The translations under genes and the position numbers were made by a program. The notes beneath the pieces are model-generated. The model ran no database searches. It was not told where the DNA came from and saw nothing but the letters and a program-made list of their open reading frames with translations. This document shows positions 50,875-63,518 of a DNA stretch of 64,000 bases, piece after piece. This DNA comes from Haliotis rubra (taxonomy: Eukaryota), in assembly GCF_003918875.1 (NCBI RefSeq), contig NW_025766337.1, positions 186,001 through 250,000 of the forward strand. The letters are read 5' to 3'. Numbering within the stretch: position 1 is the stretch's first letter; each line of letters starts with the position of its first letter.

Positions 50875-53800
50875 TTATTGGGTAACGGGGATCTCACAGA
50901 TGTATCGGCGGTAGAGGTTGCACAGATCGTTCCTTATGCCCCCGGGGTACAACTGACCACAGTCTGTCCCAATTACTTTCTCCGGCTGCCCGACGCCCCA
51001 GTTGGGGACATAGGGGGATCCCGTTTTCCATCTGAACAGTGTCAGAGAGGCTCGCTTCAGACCAATCCACAAACCGTCGTCGAAAGACCCTAAAACAGAG
51101 CATGAATCCTGTATGGATTAAGTTAAGTGACGGGATGGATGCTGCCAACTTCTCCACAAGGAGTCAAAGTCTATTTTTCCCGAGATCTCTATGTACTTTT
51201 ATCATTAAAACACATGCCGGGCGTGAGTGAGTGAGTTTGGCTTTACGACGCTTTTAGCAGTATTCCACCAATATCACGGCGGGGACACCAGAAATGGGCT
51301 TCACACATTGAGCCCATGTGGGGAATTGAACTCGGGTCCTCGGCGTGACGAGCGAACGCCTTAACCACTAGGCTACCCCACCACCCCTTATTGTACGTAA
51401 TAAGTGAAAACCGGTTGCTGTAGTTTCCTAACCTTGATCACTGCTAATGTTTTGTTTATACTATATGTATGGTCTAAGAATATACATTTTGTAGGGAGGG
51501 TTTGAAGGTGGGGAGTGGCTATGATTTTATCGTTTGGGATTTGTAGCAGGAAAAATGTACACTGTAAAGAAATAATTAGAATCAGTGTTTTAATTTATAA
51601 CGAAACATCTGGATTTGCACTGAGGGCTCAACATCCACTGTTGGTAATGAACAACAATTGCTTGTCGTTATGGCCGACTTCAGAGATTGGGTTGTTATGG
51701 CCGACTTCAGTGATTGGGTGGTAAGGCTTGATGTAAGGATAATAACTTGTTTATATCAACAATCTCAGTTGTCTAGTACGGACTATTATTATATAATAGA
51801 AACAACAAAAATATTAATTCTATGATGAACGTGACAGGCAGTTGGGATACCTTGACACTCAATCACCCCAGCCCCTGGACCAACATCCTAGTATAGAAAC
51901 CCCAGCATAGGTTTCTGCCGTATTGTAGTCACCAATCCTAACGGCCGTCTTACCAAGCGCTTGTCCTGTGGGCCCCAGTACCTCCATAAGTCCAGCTACG
52001 ACGCCATACTTGTCTTCAGCGTTTAGAACAAGAAGACGGCCGTTACGCATCCTCTCGCAATACGTAGCGGCGTTTTTGAAGTCCTTCCTCTCAGTAGGGG
52101 GACTTACTCGGAAACACATTCTGGGATTTGCGGTCAGCAAATATCCTGTGGGACAGGGCGCTGAAAAGTGTGAAAGTTGAAGGTTGATAAGTCTCAGCGT
52201 CACAGATGAAGCAACTCTTTGCACAGTAAATGATGGGCCGTAAGAAATATTGTACAGATTTGTTAAGTGAAAATATGAATCGCCAAATAGAAACTGGTTG
52301 TTGGAACCAACAAAACTGTATTTAAAAACCATAGGTCACATCTTACACGAGGTGGTTATGAAATAGCTGCAGGTTCTGTCTTTGTTGGGAGCCAAAATGA
52401 CGTCACTAAATATTCTTTTTTTTTTTAGGTGTGACATCACGGTTGATCTGCTATTAAGTCTATTATTGAGGGTCATTATATATTATTAAGCACCTTGTAT
52501 AATGATGCTGCATCCCTAGCAGATGACAAACTGTTCACCCCATTTCATGATCATCCAAGATACCATATAAATAATTATATATACACTGGACCCATTAGCA
52601 ATATTATCTGTTTTTTTAATGTCAGTTCTAATTTCATGAGGCCATATGTGATAGTCAAATCGTGATTACAACTTTTGTATTATGCCAGAAGGTGCTGGTG
52701 TCGATATCATACTTTACCCATATTGTTACATCATGTATCCAATACAAGCAAACACGCAATCAGTGAGTAAGCATGTTTTGCGTGTGGCAACAATAGAACG
52801 CCAGGAGACATGGGTTGTACCGATGTTGGAATCAAACACCGACCTTGGACGTAACGAGAGAACGCTTTACCCACTAGGCTACCAAGTCGTTGTAGGAGAC
52901 GTCGGAAAGCTTGTGGACTTTTCTCCCCATCTTACAGTTTTGAGGGTGAGTGAGTTGGTTTTAGGCCCCTTTTAGAAATATTCCAGCAATATCACGGCGG
53001 GGGACACCAGACATGGGCTTCGTACATTGGACCTAATACCTATGTGGGCAATCGAGCTAGGGCCTTCGGCATGTCGAGCGAACGCCTTAACCACTAGGCT
53101 ACCCTACCGCCTCGTTACAGTTACGAATCCGTCATAATGGCATCTGGAATGCATCCCTTGTTAAAATGTTGAACAAAACACAAAACACTGGCAATGTAGA
53201 CTACGATTGTAACCTTCTTCAGAATGAATGAATTACTGGGGAACTGTTAACACATCAAACATAACCGTGCTAATATGTATTCGCAACAGACCAGGTGTTC
53301 GGTCCACTTCTTCAGTGTTATTGTTCCGGCCCACTTGGACGCATGTTTTGGTTTCAAACTCTGTGTATCCACGAGAACAGCCAGCTAAGGAATAAACCAA
53401 TAGAATATAGTTAGCTCAAGCATCATCGACTGAATGTGTACATATCTCAACCTAACAGCCCCTCATATTGTCAGAGTAGATGCATTGCTTTTTTATAACA
53501 AATTCTACGTTCTACCCGTGAGGCCTTACTTCGGGAGATCCGACAAAAGACTTCAGGTTTTGTTGAAACATCATCAAAGCATAATGCGTATATTTTGAAT
53601 AAAGATAAGCTTTTGGAAACAAAATTTGAGTCACAATTGAAGTTGACAAACACCACGACATAAATCAAACAGTAGGTGAGACTGGACAAACGTGTCGTTC
53701 ATTTTGAGTGATGACCAGATGTGTTCGTCCTACCATTAAGCCTGATGGCAAAACGAAGAGCAAGGATTACTGTGTAAACAACCAAAATTATGAAACGTGT

Positions 53801-54038
53801 CGGGGAGACTCCAACGATGAGAAAATGTCAGTGTAACAATTTGGAAGCCTAAACCACCAGCTGCCAAAGACAACGATGGTAGCCATATTTAAGTTTCCTG
53901 AAACTATGAAAAAACTGGACCTAATGCGTGTGTGAGCTCCGTACATTTAACGCAGTTGGATTACATGCACAATAAATGAAAGAACCTACCTGAAATTCCA
54001 GCCACTGCACAGACTGCAAATATGATGAGTCGCAACAT
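50875..54038 (-). CDS. Secreted single-domain C-type lectin B (perlucin-like); complement join(53990..54038,51954..52160,50875..51089), 156 aa
   Basis: Signal MLRLIIFAVCAVAGIS; CPTGY..MCFR..AATYC..GRL; LWIGL, FRW, NW..QPE..DCG..RNDLC..YICE; first two exon sizes (49, 207) identical to lectin A. Confidence 0.9.
51223..51388 (-). mobile_element. SINE family A
   Basis: Full body and tail. Confidence 0.88.
52760..53112 (-). mobile_element. Two SINE-A copies (old degenerate and younger)
   Basis: accactaggctacc heads and gtgagt tails. Confidence 0.75.
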
Positions 54039-54142
54039 CGTTGGCTCTAACTCTGAAACAGACATTGTAAATAACCATAAAATACTGTCTTGTTTTCCTG
54101 GAAAACATCTCGACTGTGATGGTAACGTCGTTTATCATCGCG

Positions 54143-54345
54143 ACCCGTGAAGATCCGGGTTAGAATATTGATCTTCAGTAACCCATGCTTGTCGTAAGAG
54201 GCGACTAACGGGATCGGGTGGTCAGGTTCGCTGACTTGGTTGACACATGTCATCGGTTCCCAATTGTGCTGACTTATGCTCATTGATGTTGATCACTGAA
54301 TTGTCTGGTCCAGACTCCATTATTTGGCGTTAAACAACAAACCAA
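54143..54345 (+). mobile_element. SINE family B, near full length
   Basis: 5' acccgtgaagatccgggttagaat; approximate TSD atc(a/c)tcgcga. Confidence 0.88.
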
Positions 54346-54760
54346 CGTTGATCCTCGCGACAACGCAACTCTTGTCTCTTCTGGGGCACGTCTTCAACAA
54401 TCTCTGTAATACACCGTGCAGAGTTGCGTCATAATCCTGTGATGGTTGGTTCGATGTCTTGTGATGGCAATAAACCACTTTGTTTTATCAGATCATCATG
54501 CTCTTTAATGTGGTTCGTGGATGTCATCGTATAACAATTGAGTAGATCGACGCTCATTGCATCAATCATTGGATTGTCTGAACCAGACTCGATTGCATAC
54601 ACAGTCCACCATCCAAGAACTGGGATATTGGTAACTGCGGCGGAAACATCAAACAAATAAATGCGCATTACCTGAACTGTACACGCACCTAAACTCTAGC
54701 ACAACTCAAGCACAAAGTTAAAATATCATGAACATTATTATAGAAGCGTGACTACTTTAC

Positions 54761-54835
54761 CAACAGTTGGGAGTGAGACGGTAGCTACCAGCACTGCCTG
54801 CTCAGTGACGAGAACAGACAATTGTGTCTTATATA
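54761..54835 (-). promoter_or_regulatory. TATA box and non-coding exon 1 of C-type lectin B
   Basis: TATATAA at 54835-54829; donor actgttg|gtaaagta. Confidence 0.7.
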
Positions 54836-55249
54836 GAACAGGTTAAGACTATTTAACGACGTAGCCACTGTATTTACATCATACACAGTGTAAGGGTGAC
54901 TACCTATCTGCTACCTAATCCATAAATTATACAGTCATGCATTATTCAGAGTGCAGTTGAATATTAATAATCCTTAATAGAGGACACTCGAAGGTCGTTT
55001 ATCACTTGTAAAACCAAATGATCACTTTAGTATAACTGGAATCAAAATGGATATATGACACATACACCATTGAATGAAAAATATACAAATATGCAATCTT
55101 GCAGGATTCGGCGTCAGTTGTAACACACATCCAATAGTTGTTTTAGGGTGAAGAGTTCTGAAAAGTGGTTGAGCATTCTACTGAAGATTTGTCCATGGAT
55201 ATGTCGTCGTGTAGGATTGGGTGTGTCAACGTGTGTGTCATTGTGTTCG

Positions 55250-55490
55250 TGAGAGAGAGGGACAGAGAGGGGGGGGGGGGGCAGAGAGAGAGAGAGAGAG
55301 AGACAGAGTGAGAGGGGGGCACAGAGACAGAGACAGAGAGAGAGGGGGCAGAGACAGAGAGACAGAGGGGGGAGGGAGAGCGCGTGAGGGAGAATGAGAG
55401 AGAGAGTGAGAGAGTGGGAGAAAGTGAGAGAGTAAGACAGAGAGTGAGAGAGAAAGGGGAGAGAGAGAGTGAGAGAGAGAGGAGGGAGGG
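55250..55490. repeat. (GA)n-rich low-complexity tract
   Basis: Purine-rich gagaga run. Confidence 0.9.
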
Positions 55491-55962
55491 AACTAGGGTC
55501 AAGCCGGTCAAGGAGGTTCAAACCACTCTAGGGACCAATGCACAACCTCAGATCACTCACTATCGACTCGGAACACTCTACCCTCGAGATCCTAACTTAA
55601 ATCACGTGTGTATTCACGTTCAAGCCTAACATGGGAGGGTATGAGGGGTTTGTGCTTGGCGTCTTGCTTCATTGACATTACCAAGCCGAGGACGTTCTAG
55701 AATATGTTTTTCTGACATTAACCCCAGCTAAAAGGGGATACTAATGGCAGCTCATGAATATGCCACAACATGTTTCTACCAAGCCCCACCATACTGCCCC
55801 CATGAAGTAGATAACACAATCATAGATTACTTCTCTACCGTTCACAATAACACCCTTCCCCAGTTATTAAATACGGACAAAACGGAGCAGCCTTTTACCG
55901 AATGAACAATTAAACATCATATGGAGGCTCTCGAAGTAAATCCGAAAAATGGATAAATAAGA

Positions 55963-56186
55963 TGAACATGTTGTATGTGATTGTGTTACGTCAGTACGTG
56001 TTATTGGTTATTGTGAAAGGTAGAATGCACAAACCGAACATGTTGTATGGGCTTGTGTTACGTCAGTACGTGTTACTGGTTATTGTGAAAGGTAGAATGC
56101 ACAAAACGAACATGTTGTATGTGATTGTGTTACGTCAGTACGTGTTATTGGTTATTGTGAAAGGTAGAATGCACAAACCGAACATG
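55963..56186. repeat. 72-bp tandem repeat x3
   Basis: gaacatgttgtatgtgattgtgttacgtcagtacgtg...gtagaatgcacaaacc. Confidence 0.9.
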
Positions 56187-56426
56187 AAGAAACTGTTTGT
56201 ATGTCCCTCGGGAGCTTTCATCAAATGTCAGGCTGACCAAAATGACCATTATTCTTTCTCCCGTTATATTTCTTCTCACTGTAGTGATCGGGCCACCTGC
56301 AAACTTGATCTTGAGTGAGAACAAGCTACAATGTAGGGCCAGCATGATAACTGTGGAATACATCTGCCCAACCCAGACATCAGTCCTATCAACTTCTACG
56401 GGATTACGCTTCCTCAACATCCACTC

Positions 56427-56582
56427 ACAACGATATATACAACGATATATACATACAACGATATATACAACGATATACACAAGGATATACACAACGATAT
56501 ATACAACGATATATACAACGATATACACAACGATATATACATACAACGATATATACTACGGTATACACAACGATATATACAA
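56427..56582. repeat. 12-bp minisatellite
   Basis: acaacgatatat. Confidence 0.85.
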
Positions 56583-58974
56583 GCAATAATCCCTCGATAA
56601 AGGGTTGTATTTTTATTCATAGACAACACATGAAGCAAGTTGAATTGATGTGGATTCTGAAAACACACTAGAGTGGTGATGATCTGGTGATGGACATGAC
56701 CTTGGACACAGTACCACTAGAGAGATAGGCACAAGAGAGGCGACCTTTATGTTTATATTCACCCTAGAATGAGGACGACCTTATACAGTATTATAAACAT
56801 GAACATATCCCGTCTTTAGTAGAGGACAAATTCTGTGGGTTTTTAATTTTCATTTATTGGAAATTGACTAACCGCCGTTGGGGTATGTTTATTATTTCTG
56901 GTTGGAATAGGTTCCCATGTAACCTAATATATCGGATAGTAAATTTTCCTGGATCCTTGGCTGACTGCGAGACGTGACAGCCAGTGGGGCATGTATATGG
57001 TTCTGAATAGGTTACCAATCAGTCCAATGTTCAACTGGGTGGTTTCATTGGCTGTGATGGTAAACAAGGGGGAAATATAACAAATGCTGTTGGCAAACTC
57101 GGAAAAGCAAACATTTGTGGGGTCCTTGATGTCTTTATAGCATATTTATTTTAAACTGTAACAGGGGTTGGCAGCAAAGTTCCACGCCCCTTCAGACAAC
57201 TGGTAGACACTGGTACACTAAGTCATGGTAGCACTCTCCAGGAATTCTTCACTTGGAGATACATTTTTAAGTCATTCTTCAGTATCTATGATGGGACTTA
57301 TTGCAGCTGAAATGAAATTATATTTTAATTGTCTATTAATGAAAACGCGACCCTTAATCGGAAATTTACAAATGTACAATGAAAGGTGCACACCTGGTAG
57401 AAAGTAGGTTAGAATACGTTTTCAGCAAGTTTAACGCCATTATTATTACCATTGTTTAAAATGGGTTACAAGGGAACAAACTACTTTCAAATAATGGAGG
57501 TAAAACAGTTATATGTTTTAAGCATTGTGATTCAATAGAGTTCGAAGCACAAATGTGGATGACTTACATGCAAATGTACACGTCGGTTTGTGTATTGGAA
57601 TGTCATATCAATTAGGGTTGCCTTGAACGGAACTGCATGTACATAAACAATATGGCGTGTGTCAGACAGAGCCGATGAACGTACACATAGATGATTACAG
57701 TTGACTCAGTGATAGAGAATTACATGTACATATATATAGCGACATTATGTTAAACAAAACCTATTACAGATATCAACTCTCACAAGCACGTCTTGGGTTT
57801 CCTCTCTAATGGTAGTTGTTATCATATGTTTATCACGGGTTGAATGACATATATTGTTTTCTGGAATAGGTTCTGCGGATTTCCATAGTGGCTTTCAAGT
57901 GTCATCAAGTTTGTCTGGCCTTTATGTTAAGTTTGACAAAGCCATTAGTAACATAATTTTTATATAGAGAGAATGTCCTAGATTCACGAACTGGGCATAT
58001 GTGACCTAGGCTCATGAACTTTTAGCAAATAATGCCACATGTGAGACAAGTACAGAAGACATTTGCCAAACCAACGCATCAGTACAACCATCTTTTAACG
58101 AGACTCCACGTTCAACATTATTCAACACGACAAACCAATGCTTCATTCCATGGGGTGTTACGCTAAACGTGTTGACTAGTGTGGCTAGAGATTCATGGCT
58201 ATCGTTAAGGTTTCAAGTCAGTCAAAAATGAAAATAAATATCATCTGTGGTTGAGTGAGAATTGAATATATGAAATACTTATGACTTCCTACTAGATAAC
58301 ATCTATGTGTTGAAATATTCGGGTCATGAATTCCTGCATTTCAATAAAATAAAGGTCTTCTCGGGCAATAAGCCAGCTACCTGCTTCCACATGACTCCAT
58401 GATTTAATATAGCCTTTAACTGACTGGCAAATTCATGCGCGGCCAATATGTTCAATAGACTTTTATCTTCTGGGCAAGTGCAATGAGGTTATATAATTAT
58501 ATTAGTGAAAAGGTGTGCTGTGTGTTTATGGACAGCAAAATGTCCATGCTTTGATATTCGACTCTCCAAAAGACAATAGTCACAATAAAATAGCCGAGGA
58601 ACTTCTTTCCTATATCCGATGCAATTTGCTCATTTTTTTTCCAGGTGTGCAGTTGTCTAGAAGGTGCACCGTATCCCATTATGTCAATCACTGGAGTGTC
58701 TTCCCAGACACAGCTATTTACAAATACAGCTGAACATTTGAGTCGTGAAACAAACATACACACAAATGGTCATGATAGAGAAAGAATTGTACAACTCCGC
58801 TAGCGAGCAGAGAATTCCAACGGATGTGAAAAAGGTTTTGTGCTTTACACAAAGAGAGCCACATCTTGAAAGAGATTATACGTACGCTTCAAGAAATGGA
58901 GACCATTTTCCTTTCTTCTGAAAGCTAGTTCTTCGAAGGTATTTTACGTATGCTTCAGTGCTTGTTAGTGTGTA

Positions 58975-59117
58975 AGTGAGTTTGAGCAATATTCCAACAA
59001 TATCTTGACGGGGGACACCGGAAATGGGCTTCACACATTGTACTCATGTGGGGGATCGAACCCTGGTCTTCGGCGTGACGAGCCAATGCTTTAACCACTA
59101 GGCTACCCAACCGCCCG
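58975..59117 (-). mobile_element. SINE family A
   Basis: Full tRNA-like head. Confidence 0.85.
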
Positions 59118-60075
59118 CTTTATAGATGCATGTTAAGGAAAACAGACCCAAAGTGGTATATATCTCCCAGTGACGTCATAGGTAAAGGAGGTGTGTGTGT
59201 GCGTGTGTGTGTGCCTGTGTGCGTGCGTGCGTTTGTGCGTGTATGTGCGTAGTGCCAGCCCACTGATGTATCACATGATGGCCTCAGTCGGACAAGGGAA
59301 ACCTCCTCCGAGTCAACTCGTTCATGTCTTCGCCAGACAGGGGAACAACAAGTAGCACGCTTTAACGTCTGTTACTGTGACGTGACTGGTGTTCGAACTA
59401 CCAACCTTCCACTGTACGGTTACTGCTGCTGTTTTCACTCGACCACACATCTGGTCCTCCTTTAAGGAAATTCTGTCATAACTGATGGTACATGTTTTCC
59501 ATTTTAAATTTAACTTTAGAATGAATATGAATAACACGGCATAGATGATGTCTTTCTAACTCTGATTGATTTCATTGCGTTTTTAACTTTCTTTTTGTTT
59601 TACGTGCCTAAAAGTAGAAACTATACAATGGCGGTTTTGCAGACTTACACTCATCGATTAAGGATTGGCGTCTGGACGTCTTTCATTACAATGAAGGTAT
59701 TTTCATAGATTCACTATGTGATTTAGAAACTGGCTAACTGCATCATCTAGACCTATGTCAAAACAACTGGCTAAACTATGGGAAAGGGCATTCACTATGT
59801 GTATCTCTGTGTGCCTGTCTGTCATGTGTGCGCGCGCGTGTGTGTGTGCGCACGCGTGTGTGTAGGAGAGGGGTGCGTATATTGGCGGGGTAGAATGAGT
59901 GGAGTGTTGTTAGAGAGAGTGTGGTGAACTGGTGAATTCGTGCATTAAATAAGGGAATCCTTGATTATATGTTTCAGGTCATTTGTTTCAGCTGACACAG
60001 ATTCGTGTTATGTTTATTCACAGCGACATATTGTTCTGCGAGCCAAATTTGAATCCATGCGTTGTACTTCAACAA

Positions 60076-61508
60076 TCAGAAGACAAGACATGCTCCATCT
60101 TCAGAAGACAAGACATGCTCCATCTTCAGAAGACAAGACGTGCTCCACCTTCAGAAGACAAGACATGCTCCATCTTCAGAAGACAAGACATGCTCCATCT
60201 TCAGAAGACAAGACGTGCTCCACCTTCAGAAGACAAGACATGCTCCATCTTCAGAAGACAAGACATGCTCCATCTTCAGAAGACAAGACATGCTCCATCT
60301 TCAGAAGACAAGACATGCTCCATCTTCAGAAGACAAGACATGCTCCATCTTCAGAAGACAAGACATGCTCCATCTTCAGAAGACAAGACATGCTCCATCT
60401 TCAGAAGACAAGACATGCTCCATCTTCAGAAGACAAGACATGCTCAATGCTCCATCTTCAGAAGACAAGACGTGCTCCATCTTCAGAAGACAAGACGTGC
60501 TCCATCTTCAGAAGACAAGACATGCTCCATCTTCAGAAGACAAGACATGCTCCATCTTCAGAAGACAAGACATGCTCCATCTTCAGAAGACAAGACATGC
60601 TCCATCTTCAGAAGACAAGACATGCTCCATCTTCAGAAGACAAGACATGCTCCATCTTCAGAAGACAAGACATGCTCCATCTTCAGAAGACAAGACATGC
60701 TCCATCTTCAGAAGACAAGACATGCTCCATCTTCAGAAGACAAGACATGCTCAATGCTCCATCTTCAGAAGACAAGACGTGCTCCATCTTCAGAAGACAA
60801 GACGTGCTCCATCTTCAGAAGACAAGACGTGCTCCATCTTCAGACAAGACAAGTGCTCCATCTTCGTGCTCCATCTTCAGAAGACAAGACGTGCTCCATC
60901 TTCAGAAGACAAGACGTGCTCCATCTTCAGAAGACAAGACGTGCTCCATCTTCAGAAGACAAGACGTGCTCCACCTTCAGAAGACAAGACGTGCTCCACC
61001 TTCAGAAGACAAGACGTGCTCCATCTTCAGAAGACAAGACGTGCTCCTCCATCAGAAGAGAAGACTTCAGAAAGACGTGCTCCATCTTCAGAAGACAAGA
61101 CGTGCTCCATCTTCAGAAGACAAGACGTGCTCCATCTTCAGAAGACAAGACGTGCTCCATCTTCAGAAGACAAGACGTGCTCCATCTTCAGAAGACAAGA
61201 CGTGCTCCATCTTCAGAGACGTGCTCCATCTTCAAGACAAGACGTGCTCCATCTTCAGAAGACAAGACGTGCTCCATCTTCAGAAGACAAGACATGCTCC
61301 ATCTTCAGAAGACAAGACATGCTCCATCTTCAGAAGACAAGACATGCTCCATCTTCAGAAGACAAGACATGCTCCATCTTCAGAAGACAAGACATGCTCC
61401 ATCTTCAGAAGACAAGACATGCTCCATCTTCAGAAGACAAGACATGCTCCATGAAGACAGACTTCAGAAGACAAGACATGCTCCATCTTCAGAAGACAAG
61501 ACATGCTC
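60076..61508. repeat. 25-bp satellite (~57 copies)
   Basis: Unit tcagaagacaagac(a/g)tgctccatct; explains the three ~500-aa ORFs. Confidence 0.96.
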
Positions 61509-62812
61509 CACAACAAAATACATACCTCCGTTTGCCTGGAAGCGGGACCTTCCAACACATTTTACGTAAGCTTCAATATCTCTGAAGAAGTCGAAATGAA
61601 TCGATCGTGGAGAGAGAGGTGACCGGTCGTGCCTGGAGTCATAACCTCAGCCAGACACAGGAAAGTGACCCCGAACTAACCAGTCTGTGCCGTGCCATTG
61701 TCATACGATGACCTCAGATACAGGAAACTGACCCCAAACCAACCAGTCTTTGTCTTGCCACTGTGTCATACGATGACCTCAGCCAGAAACAGGAATTTGA
61801 CCCCGAACCAACCAGTCTGTGTCCTGAACCAACCAGCCCATCCACTCACCTGACACTGATGCTCTGTACGCTCGACTACAGAGCCGCTCTTCCTTAAGGA
61901 ATCTAACTTCGTGTATTGAATCTATCATGACTAAAGGCATTTCAATGAATCTAATATCCTCAGGTATTGAGTGCACATGTTTTTAAGTGCGTGGGGAAAA
62001 GCTAATCTTTCTCGTTGATCTGTAACATCGGTTTTGTGTTCTTGGTGATGTTTTGAATATATGTTTGTGGCCTTGATGAGATAAGCAGAATCGGTACTAT
62101 ATGGTGGCCTTGCCAAGCAATAGAGCACTTGTTAACCTCCTCTCACAGTGGCGTGTTGCAGGGACACGCATGGGGGTTGTGTTTTTACTTGATATACACT
62201 GGTCAGCTTAGGTTCCGTCAACCCTGGCTGCAGAAATTGGGCCTAGAGACTCTGTCGCGGATTGTCTTGACCTGTCAACACGGTGAACGTGGCTGCGACG
62301 TGATTAGTCAAGTTTGGCCACGCGACGTAAGCAGTGCTTCATAAATACCTCGAGTGACGTCATCCTGTTGTTTCACGGGTGTTCAGTAACAGACAATATC
62401 ATACAGCGGTAATACTGCTGAAACAAATACATGTTCATCATATAGTCACAATTGTCCAATCGACTCGTCTTTTTGCACAGATGTCTTATGGATGTGGAAA
62501 GGGTTTTTGTCGCTTCTATTCAGCAACCTCTCTCACGGGATATTCTTCCCGGAAATCCCTCTGTCCCAAAGATACGTTATGATTATGGCACTTGATCAGC
62601 ATATTCTTATGGAAATGCGTGGAATGATGAAGAACAACAGGGCAAATGTCCTTTATATTTCAGTGTATATCAAATTTAAACCTTCACATCTGTAGCCAGC
62701 AGCTGCGTTACTCGGGCAATACTTCTGGGAATATCTATTCACGAGTAAGATAAAAAGAAATATTATATGTCCGTTTCCTCAGGTGGGTAGAAAGTATTTT
62801 TGAAACATGAAA

Positions 62813-62975
62813 GGGGGCGGTGGGGTAGCCAACTGGTTAAAGCGTTCCCTCGTCACGCCGTAGGCCCGGGTTCGATTCCCCACATGGGTACAATGTGTGA
62901 AGCCCATTTCTGGCGTCCCCCGCCGTGATATTGCCGGAATATTGCTAAAAGCGACGTAAACTCACTCACTCACTC
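62813..62975 (+). mobile_element. SINE family A, full length
   Basis: ggggcggtggggtagcc...gggttcgattcccc...(tcac)n. Confidence 0.92.
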
Positions 62976-63232
62976 AAACATAAACGTGTTAATAAACCTT
63001 TGGTTCAGAATTTTCTTTCGGTTTTATAAGTCGGACAAATGGTGAGCCTGTCATCCTGTTCACCATAATGGTGAGATGTGAGTGGGGAACCGTGTGTTCC
63101 GGGATGCATCCTGGATGTTTACTTTGGGTAACACGGCGTCGTGGTGGGTGACATCATCCCCTGACATCTGAACATCTGAACGCCCAACGTTACAGTCATG
63201 GCATTAATTCAGTATTCAGTATTGATCAAAGC

Positions 63233-63385
63233 TGTTAGGGATAGTATAACTGGAGGCTGGTATGTTAGGGATAGTATAACTGGAGGCTGGTATGTTAGGG
63301 ATAGAATAACTGGAGGCTGGTATGTTAGGGATAGTATAACTGGAGGCTGGTATGTTAGGGATAGTATAACTGGAGGCTGGTATGT
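63233..63385. repeat. 30-bp tandem repeat x5
   Basis: gttagggatagtataactggaggctggtat. Confidence 0.93.
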
Positions 63386-63433
63386 CTTCGAAGCTACTGA
63401 CAATAATTTCACCTGCCATTGGTTCAGATATTA

Positions 63434-63518
63434 CAACGTTTCGACATAGATTCCGAGGCCATTGTCGAGCAAGTGGCACTTACTTGACAACGACATTAGA
63501 ATCTATGTCGAAACGTTG
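63434..63518. ncRNA. 85-bp palindrome made of two inverted Penelope-type hammerhead-like motifs
   Basis: Perfect 20-bp arms 63434-63453 and 63499-63518; plus copy TTGACAA-cgacat-tagaatct-atgtc-GAAAC-GTT; followed by gaagttgtatattcataa. Confidence 0.65.

Noticed and set aside
56800-58900. Possible decayed retroelement coding sequence
   Set aside because: No RT, endonuclease or integrase motif could be read in the frames inspected.
59961-61585. Three ~500-aa overlapping ORFs
   Set aside because: The 25-bp satellite lacks stops in all plus frames; no domain or splice support.
60076-61600. Hammerhead-like CTGAAGA in the 25-bp satellite and ctgaagaagtcgaaa at ~61582
   Set aside because: Satellite units have no GAAA half; the 61582 motif lacks stem II, the GAAAC-GUH continuation and helix I.
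62813-62890. tRNA-Asp gene
   Set aside because: No complete acceptor stem; it continues into the SINE body and tail and occurs in more than 20 diverged copies.
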